A DNA stretch of 64,000 nucleotides. Source: Spirochaetia bacterium (GTDB taxonomy: Bacteria > Spirochaetota > Spirochaetia > UBA9216). A model generated the notes under the pieces. It ran no database searches, had not been told where the DNA came from, and saw only the letters and a program-made list of their open reading frames with translations. Below are positions 57,777 through 64,000 of the stretch, one piece after another; the stretch's first letter is position 1; each line of letters begins with the position of its first letter. Where the stretch lies: contig OY776510.1 in NCBI GenBank assembly GCA_963675665.1, positions 4,352,001 to 4,416,000 of the forward strand, in the 5' to 3' direction. A program made the position numbers and the translations under genes.

Positions 57777-58820
57777 TCAATCTATTGCACCAAATACATT
57801 TTTCATTATGTAAAGCATAATAAAGCAAATGAGCGCGGAAATTATCGGTGTAGCAATCCACCCGACAACAATCCGGCCAATGGCACTGAATCTGATATTT
57901 CGACCGCCCCGGGCAAGACCAATGCCTATTACTGCTCCAACTACAGCCTGCGAACTTGAAACAGGCACAAGAGGGATCGGCGGTAAATGAATTGAAATCA
58001 GAAAATCGCGCAGGCTTGATGAAGCAAAAATAAAAAGGACAAGCGAACTGGCCAGAACGACTATAAAGGCAGTTACCGGCGAGAGCTGATAAATCCCTGA
58101 ACCTACTGTTTTCATCACTTTTGCCGAATATGTAAAAACACCCAGTGAAATTGCTATTGCACCGAGAAAAAACAGTTGCTGGGCTTTTGTCAGATAAAAT
58201 AATCCGAATACATCCAAATTACTGAACGGGACAGATTCAACAAATACTCCCATAACATTGGCTATATTATTTGCACCAAGACTGTATGAACCGAAAGCGC
58301 CTGCAATAATTAAGCCCCAACGGGTATATACATCCCGTCGGTAGATGTGTATTGAGGTTCTTTCCAGAAATCCCTTTACAATAAAATATAGAACAACTGA
58401 AAAAATACAGGATAAAACCGGGCATAAAACCCAGGTCATTGCAATCTTCTGTATTACCGCAGGATCCGTAGAATTCCCTGTAAAAAAGTTCCATCCGATA
58501 ATACCGCCGACAATTGCCTGCGAAGTTGAAACCGGAAGCCCGGCCTTTGTCATAATAAAGACCGAAACAGCGGCAGACAATGCAACGGTGAAAGCGCCGC
58601 CCAGACTGCTTATTATACCCAGTTTACCAAGAGTGTGACTAGCTCCGGCACCGCTGGAAACAGCGCCGATGACCACAAAAATGCTGCAAATAATTGCCGC
58701 AGTTTTAAATCGAATCATCTTTGAGCCGACGGCCGTTCCGAAAACATTTGCAGCATCATTTGCGCCTAAAGACCAACCGAGAAACAATCCGCTTGATAAA
58801 TAAAAAAGTATCGTTGCCAA
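57777..58820 (-). CDS. PiT family inorganic phosphate transporter
   Basis: GANDAANVFG, PVSTSQ, GANNIAN and PVSSSQ motifs. Confidence 0.93.
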   Translation of the reverse strand: MATILFYLSSGLFLGWSLGANDAANVFGTAVGSKMIRFKTAAIICSIFVVIGAVSSGAGASHTLGKLGIISSLGGAFTVALSAAVSVFIMTKAGLPVSTSQAIVGGIIGWNFFTGNSTDPAVIQKIAMTWVLCPVLSCIFSVVLYFIVKGFLERTSIHIYRRDVYTRWGLIIAGAFGSYSLGANNIANVMGVFVESVPFSNLDVFGLFYLTKAQQLFFLGAIAISLGVFTYSAKVMKTVGSGIYQLSPVTAFIVVLASSLVLFIFASSSLRDFLISIHLPPIPLVPVSSSQAVVGAVIGIGLARGGRNIRFSAIGRIVVGWIATPIISALICFIMLYIMKNVFGAID

Positions 58821-58829
58821 CTGCCGTTC

Positions 58830-59474
58830 CTATATAATTCTTTTAACAGTCGAAATTGAAAGACTTTCACATACACTTTCCGCATAATCGGAAATATCTG
58901 CTGTCTGTTCAATAAAATATCTTAGCTGCAATTTTACGGAAAGATCGTTTATCAATCCTCCGTTAAATATTTTTCTTTTTATTGATTCCTCATAATCATC
59001 TATCTGGCTTTCATAAAACTTTACTTCCTGAATATATGACGATGTTTTTTCAGTATTGGTAAAATATGCCGATATTGCCTGAACCAGCTTTTCAATACAG
59101 CGGCAGCTCAATTCAGCTACCTTCAACATGTCGGGAATAACTACCTCGGGAAAATCAGGTCTTTCAATATCGTATTCAAGTATAACCTTTTCAATACTGT
59201 CGGCTACATCATCAAGAGACTCAAGTAATCTGAAAACATCCCCCCTCGATTCGGGTATCAGCATATCTGTGTAAAGACTTAACTCAATTTCCTTTCGGAT
59301 ATGATCAACTTCCGTTTCAAGTTTATCACTTACCTTAACGTGATGTCTGAACCTGTCCATATCTCCGTCAAAATATGCAACAGCAGCTTCTTTTAGGACC
59401 AATCCCATTTCAAGAATATTATTAAGAATTTTTTTTGTTTCATTTTCAAGCTTTTTGGTTTTCTGCATAAACAT
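58830..59474 (-). CDS. DUF47 / PhoU-like PiT accessory protein
   Basis: LETEVD, PESRGDV...LDDVAD and ADISDYAE motifs; adjacent to pit. Confidence 0.88.
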   Translation of the reverse strand: MFMQKTKKLENETKKILNNILEMGLVLKEAAVAYFDGDMDRFRHHVKVSDKLETEVDHIRKEIELSLYTDMLIPESRGDVFRLLESLDDVADSIEKVILEYDIERPDFPEVVIPDMLKVAELSCRCIEKLVQAISAYFTNTEKTSSYIQEVKFYESQIDDYEESIKRKIFNGGLINDLSVKLQLRYFIEQTADISDYAESVCESLSISTVKRII

Positions 59475-59522
59475 GACTTAATCCCCTTTCTTGTATTATA
59501 TATCAATAATTTAGGTAGCGGT

Positions 59523-60326
59523 TTAAATTAATATATTATGCTTTTCAATTCTGTTATGCCTGTTGAACATCATTTTAATTAAAAATATTTTTTTATACTC
59601 AATTTTTCTTGCCCCTGTTTTGCAATTTTTCACACATGCAAAACATCGTATGCATTTCCCTGAATCCATACTCAGATCATCATTTATTGCATTTACAGGG
59701 CATTTTTCTATGCATAACCGGCAATTATTACATAATTGTGAGTTTATACGGGGTTCTTTTGTAAAATGCCCGGCACTATTCTCCGGTAGGATTTTTGCCA
59801 TCAAAGGAAGTTTCCCGGGCACCTGTTCAAATGGTACAGACGGGGTTTCAGACGCTGCCCTGGATAAAAACATTTCACCAAGTTTAACCGCATCTTCCAA
59901 ATCCTGCTTATTCGGCCGGCCTTGTGCCAGAGGAATCCTTTCCGTTGAGAAGGAATGTTCAGCAATCAGAGCACCAAGCGAAATTACCTTAAGCCCTTTC
60001 TCAACCATATTAAGATACATCTGTTTAAGACTTAACCCAAACCCGATTTTTCCGTACACGGCAAAGGCCAGAACCGGCTGTCCGCTGAAATCCAACTTGT
60101 TTAATGATTCTATAAAAATATCAGGGGCGTATTCCTCGTATACAGGAAATCCGATAATAACAATATCGCTGTCAATTTTTTCATACAGAGTTTCCCTGCT
60201 GTCAGGTGCGGTAAAATTAATCTCATTTACTGATTTCAGGTTCATCGCCTCTGATACAGTACGGGCATATTTTTTTGTTGAACCTGTCGGGGAAAAATAA
60301 ATAACGGTTCCGGTATCAACTTTCAA
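59523..60326 (-). CDS. EFR1-type flavodoxin-ferredoxin fusion
   Basis: YFSPTGST; C-terminal CNNCRLCIEKCP and CIRCFACVKNC. Confidence 0.88.
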   Translation of the reverse strand: MKVDTGTVIYFSPTGSTKKYARTVSEAMNLKSVNEINFTAPDSRETLYEKIDSDIVIIGFPVYEEYAPDIFIESLNKLDFSGQPVLAFAVYGKIGFGLSLKQMYLNMVEKGLKVISLGALIAEHSFSTERIPLAQGRPNKQDLEDAVKLGEMFLSRAASETPSVPFEQVPGKLPLMAKILPENSAGHFTKEPRINSQLCNNCRLCIEKCPVNAINDDLSMDSGKCIRCFACVKNCKTGARKIEYKKIFLIKMMFNRHNRIEKHNILI

Positions 60327-60359
60327 GATTCTGTTCCTTTAATTTTCAAATCACCGAAT

Positions 60360-61409
60360 TTATTTCAATCTGACATAGGGAGTGTCTGTCTTATGTTCAG
60401 ATATTCTGCCGATAATGGCAGCTGATAAATAATATTTTTTAAGCCGGCCAAGTATGTCAGGCACAGCATCTTCCGGGACGCACATAAGCAGCCCCCCTGA
60501 GGTCTGTGCATCGGCAGCAATCATTTTCAGGTTGTAGTCAAGATCTGTGCCAAATTCAGCATAACTTTCAACATAGGACAGGTTCCGAAACGACGCTCCC
60601 GGGATACAACCGTAATCAATCAAATCATAAACCCCGGGCAGGACAGGAATACTTTGGCTGTCAATTTCAAGACAGACATTGCTTTCCCGAGCCAATTTCA
60701 TTCCGTGTCCGAGCAGAGAAAACCCGGTAATGTCGGTTGCACACCGCAGGTTATATTCCTGCATAAGTTCTGCAGCATAGCGATTCAGCTGTTTCATCGA
60801 ATCTATAGCTGCACGATAATCTTCATCATTTGCTTCGCCTATTCGTCTGCCTGCAGACAACACACCGGTACCGAGGGCTTTGGTAAGTATCAGGAACTCT
60901 CCCGGTTCAGCAGCCGCATTAGTAATTATCCGGTCGGGATGGACAAGGCCGGTTACGGCCAATCCGTATTTCGGCGGAAAATCGTCTATTGTATGTCCCC
61001 CGCCCAGAACGGCACCGGCTTCGATGCATTTTTCAGCTCCTCCCCTCAGCATTTCATGCAGTACTTCCATTGGAATCCTTTGGTCGGCCGGAAAAAGTAC
61101 AAGATTAAGCGCACTTACAGCCTTGCCGCCCATTGCATAGATATCGCTCAACGCATTAGCAGCCGCTATCTGTCCGAATTCATAAGCGTCCGAGCAGACG
61201 GGAGGGAAAAAATCAGTTGTTGATATAAGCGCTGTTTCCTCATTCAGCTTCCAGACCATTGCATCGTCATGTGTATCGTTTCCAACCAGGAGGTGTTCAT
61301 CTTCAAGGATTGGAATATCAGAAAGAAGTTTTTCCAGTTTATCTGCCGGAAGCTTGGCGGAACAACCGCCGTACTCAACCGTTGTCATAAGATCAAATTT
61401 TTCACTCAT
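60360..61409 (-). CDS. selD: Selenide, water dikinase (Cys form)
   Basis: GGCSAK, TTDFFPP, ANALSDIYAMGG, GGHT, TDITGF and DAQTSGGLL motifs. Confidence 0.95.
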   Translation of the reverse strand: MSEKFDLMTTVEYGGCSAKLPADKLEKLLSDIPILEDEHLLVGNDTHDDAMVWKLNEETALISTTDFFPPVCSDAYEFGQIAAANALSDIYAMGGKAVSALNLVLFPADQRIPMEVLHEMLRGGAEKCIEAGAVLGGGHTIDDFPPKYGLAVTGLVHPDRIITNAAAEPGEFLILTKALGTGVLSAGRRIGEANDEDYRAAIDSMKQLNRYAAELMQEYNLRCATDITGFSLLGHGMKLARESNVCLEIDSQSIPVLPGVYDLIDYGCIPGASFRNLSYVESYAEFGTDLDYNLKMIAADAQTSGGLLMCVPEDAVPDILGRLKKYYLSAAIIGRISEHKTDTPYVRLK

Positions 61410-61433
61410 TCAGACCTCTCCTCCTGCTTATTT

Positions 61434-61658
61434 TTATAGTATTACTTCCGTCCGATCAAAAATACTGGTCTTTATACCCGATTCGGCAATTATCATCTTA
61501 ACATGTAATTCATCTTTATCATTTATCTGAAGCGCCATTCCGCATAATGGCGATACCGATCGAGGCACAGGTATCACGGTACACTTAATTCCTGCATTGC
61601 GAACAGTTTTTTCAGCCGTAATCACCGACCGTGTTGATTCAAAAATAAAAACCTTCAA
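61434..61658 (-). CDS. DUF3343 family small protein
   Basis: FESTRSVITAEK and IPVPRSVSPLCGMAL motifs; selD context. Confidence 0.85.
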   Translation of the reverse strand: MKVFIFESTRSVITAEKTVRNAGIKCTVIPVPRSVSPLCGMALQINDKDELHVKMIIAESGIKTSIFDRTEVIL

Positions 61659-61672
61659 TTGCAGTTCCCTGA

Positions 61673-62827
61673 TTATATTTTGAATTTATCAACAGTGCCT
61701 TCAATAGCTTCAATCAGGCGATTAAAATCATCCATCGAATGGTAAACTGATGGTGCTATTCTGACGGTCCCTTCCGGAAATGTTCCTATCGTTTGATGAG
61801 CCAGGGGAGCACAATGAAGTCCTATTCTGGTTTCCATTCCAAAACCACTGTAAAGCACCATTCCGAAATCGGAAACGGTTACTGCATCATTGAGAACAGA
61901 CGTATCCATTGATATTGAAAAGACTTCTCCCTGTGATTTTCGATCTGCTGCTGAATGAACAAGGATACCTGAGACTGAAGAAACGGCATCAACTAATTTC
62001 AGAAAATCATCGCTGCTGTGTCGAGGTTCCGGTTTTTCACTGAGAGCACCATACAATCCGAAAATACCGGCTATGTTTGGGGTTCCTGCTTCAAAACGAT
62101 CCGGAAGAAATGCCGGAGTTTCCCAACTGTCTGATCGGCTGCCGGTTCCTCCGTTGATCAACGGTATAAGCACATCAGGGTTTTTCATATATAAACCGCC
62201 GGTACCTGTCGGCCCCAACAAACCTTTATGACCGGTAAAGGCTACATAATCCAGATCCCATTTTTCAGCTTCAACTTCAATATGACCTGCAGATTGGGAG
62301 GCATCAAGCAGAATTGGGATATTGCCTGAAGCCTTTTTAATTTCAGCGGCAGGCTGAATCAGTCCGGTAACATTGCTCTGATGGCAGAGGACGATAAGCC
62401 CGGCATTACCGAAATCCATCTTCTTGACACTTTCGACATCGACAAGCCCTCCCGCTAAAGCGGGAAGTTGTTTAATCCTTATACGACCGGTATCTTCAAG
62501 ATATTTCAGCGGCCGTGTAACCGCGTTATGTTCCATTGGGGAAATCCAGACATCCTTATCGTCGAGATTCAAACCCTTAATTACAGTATTTATAGCCTGT
62601 GTGGCATTTGAAGTAAAAACCAATCTGTCTGCATCACTTGCTCCAATTCTATCTGATAGTTTTTCACGACAGGTCTCAACTGTTCTTGATACATCAAGCG
62701 CTCTGTCATAAAAACTTCTTCCGTATGGACCTCCAACCTCATTAAGATAACGAAGGATTTCCCGTCCTACCGCTTTTGGTTTCGGAAAGGAGGTTGCTGC
62801 ATTATCGAAATAATTTAACAGTTCCAT
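61673..62827 (-). CDS. Class V aminotransferase, cysteine desulfurase/selenocysteine lyase family
   Basis: YFDNAATSFPKP, EHNAV, FTGHKGLLGP, EAGTPN and RIGLHCAP motifs. Start moved to the ATG at 62827 because the longer ORF overlaps yedF. Confidence 0.92.
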   Translation of the reverse strand: MELLNYFDNAATSFPKPKAVGREILRYLNEVGGPYGRSFYDRALDVSRTVETCREKLSDRIGASDADRLVFTSNATQAINTVIKGLNLDDKDVWISPMEHNAVTRPLKYLEDTGRIRIKQLPALAGGLVDVESVKKMDFGNAGLIVLCHQSNVTGLIQPAAEIKKASGNIPILLDASQSAGHIEVEAEKWDLDYVAFTGHKGLLGPTGTGGLYMKNPDVLIPLINGGTGSRSDSWETPAFLPDRFEAGTPNIAGIFGLYGALSEKPEPRHSSDDFLKLVDAVSSVSGILVHSAADRKSQGEVFSISMDTSVLNDAVTVSDFGMVLYSGFGMETRIGLHCAPLAHQTIGTFPEGTVRIAPSVYHSMDDFNRLIEAIEGTVDKFKI

Positions 62828-62846
62828 CTGTCCATCTGGTTTCCGG

Positions 62847-63473
62847 TTATGGAGAAATAATATGACGGGCTGTTGAAAGACATTCAAGAATATCATACAT
62901 ATTGGAAATCTTCCCGACTGCAATTTTATCTTTAATATTGAAGAAATCAGCACATGTTCCGCAAACAAGAACCCGGATTCCCTGTTTCTCAAGTTCTTTC
63001 AAAGCAGAAATGACAGGAGAATCAGCAAGAGCAAGTTTTACTCCGCTGTTGTAAAAAACCAGAGATCCCGGCAACGGGTCAGTTTCCTTAATTGTATTGC
63101 AAAATCCCTGGATAAGTATTTTACCAAGTTCCTCATCTCCGCTCCCCATTTTATCACATTTAAATGCAATTACATGTTGGAGCCCGACACTTGAATTGGA
63201 ATTTACTGTAACAGGAACTGTACAATAATTTTCTGCGGCAGTTGATACCGCCGGGTTGCCGTCTGAATTCAGGGAAATGTAATAAACACCATCCTCTTTT
63301 TTAGTTTCAAATGCTTTACCGTTGTCCGAAAGAAAGCTCTGCACGTTTTGAAACGCTGTTTCATTGTCCAAAAGCACCGTCAACTCACCGACAAACCCTT
63401 TAAGGGCTTTTTTTGTCATTATAATTGGTTTGGGGCACAACTCACCCCTGGCATCAACTATTTGTTTTTTCAT
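62847..63473 (-). CDS. yedF: Selenium metabolism protein YedF (TusA/SirA plus DsrE-like)
   Basis: VDARGELCPKPII; MGSGDEELGKILI, FYNSGV and CGTC motifs. Confidence 0.88.
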   Translation of the reverse strand: MKKQIVDARGELCPKPIIMTKKALKGFVGELTVLLDNETAFQNVQSFLSDNGKAFETKKEDGVYYISLNSDGNPAVSTAAENYCTVPVTVNSNSSVGLQHVIAFKCDKMGSGDEELGKILIQGFCNTIKETDPLPGSLVFYNSGVKLALADSPVISALKELEKQGIRVLVCGTCADFFNIKDKIAVGKISNMYDILECLSTARHIISP

Positions 63474-63777
63474 AATGACACGAGTATATCATTACACTAT
63501 TCCGCTGGCAATACGAAAAAAAGTCTTGTTATAAGTACTTTTCTCTCTTCATATTATATCATAGAAATTTCCAATACTATTAACTGACATTTTTATAATT
63601 TCAAATTTTTAAATGTCGATATTAATAAAATTCCAATAATTCCTAGTAAATTCAGATTGTTTACAAATAATAATATTTTAACAATATAAATGAATCTAAT
63701 TTTTCTTATCAGAAACGTTTCTAAAATAATACAAATGATTTGAGATAATAATACATTTCTTAAATTTTCCATTTTTC

Positions 63778-63975
63778 TTATTCTTCATATTTAAAAATAT
63801 CATCTATTCTCTTATCAAATAATTTTGCGACTTTGAATCCCATCTCTAATGAAGGAATATATCTATTTTTTTCTAAAGAAATTATAGTTTGCCGTGTTAC
63901 ACCTAATTTTTTTGCCAATTCCTCTTGTGTATAATGATTTATTACTCTTAATTCGTATATCTTATTTTTAATCAT
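63778..63975 (-). CDS. XRE family HTH regulator
   Basis: TQEELAKKLGVTRQTIISLEKNRYIPSL. Confidence 0.9.
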   Translation of the reverse strand: MIKNKIYELRVINHYTQEELAKKLGVTRQTIISLEKNRYIPSLEMGFKVAKLFDKRIDDIFKYEE

Positions 63976-64000
63976 ATTAATTATTTCTGTTAATCATAAA

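Noticed and set aside
59563-60300. Long antisense ORFs (245 aa here; also 29161-29787, 47994-48599 and 60654-61223)
   Set aside because: They are shadows of well-supported genes on the opposite strand and have no motifs of their own.
60360-61409. Selenocysteine (UGA) recoding in selD or its neighbours
   Set aside because: selD encodes Cys (GGCSAK), and I saw no ORF pair split at a TGA that joins into one family member.
62828-62992. N-terminal extension of the desulfurase ORF
   Set aside because: It overlaps yedF in another frame, and family similarity starts at MELLNYFDNAAT.
63711-63722. LacI-like palindrome AGAAACGTTTCT
   Set aside because: It is short, lies in very AT-rich DNA, and has flanks unlike the 8088 operator; chance is plausible.
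1-64000. CRISPR arrays, tRNA/rRNA, IS or prophage genes, defence systems
   Set aside because: No spaced direct repeats, cloverleafs, or transposase, integrase or nuclease motifs were seen; intergenic gaps are short.

Overview
A gene-dense 64 kb chromosomal window from an anaerobic, carbohydrate-scavenging bacterium. It is probably a free-living spirochaete; this is inferred from 'FAGGxxE'-type binding-protein signal peptides. No rRNA, tRNA, CRISPR array or mobile element was seen. In order, the window contains: a PAS/PocR two-component cluster; a LacI-controlled sugar ABC plus GH172 operon; yjdF with a yjdF-type riboswitch; a sigma54-type operon (sugar ABC, split transketolase, aldehyde:ferredoxin oxidoreductase); housekeeping genes (panE, pyk) and a chemoreceptor; a Liv-type ABC plus paaK operon; a TetR-controlled operon (HemL-like PLP enzyme, class II aldolase, FGGY kinase, MFS); an [FeFe]-hydrogenase-like chemoreceptor; a 10-gene SorC-regulated polyol/sugar operon ending in a divergent MurQ-like etherase; a GH13_18-like phosphorylase with two large insertions; a PiT/DUF47 pair; and a yedF-csd-DUF3343-selD selenium cluster. 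The best candidates for undescribed biology are three orphan catabolic operons at 14.7-22.3 kb, 36.5-42.3 kb and 44.5-55 kb. All calls rest on motifs read by eye; no searches were run.
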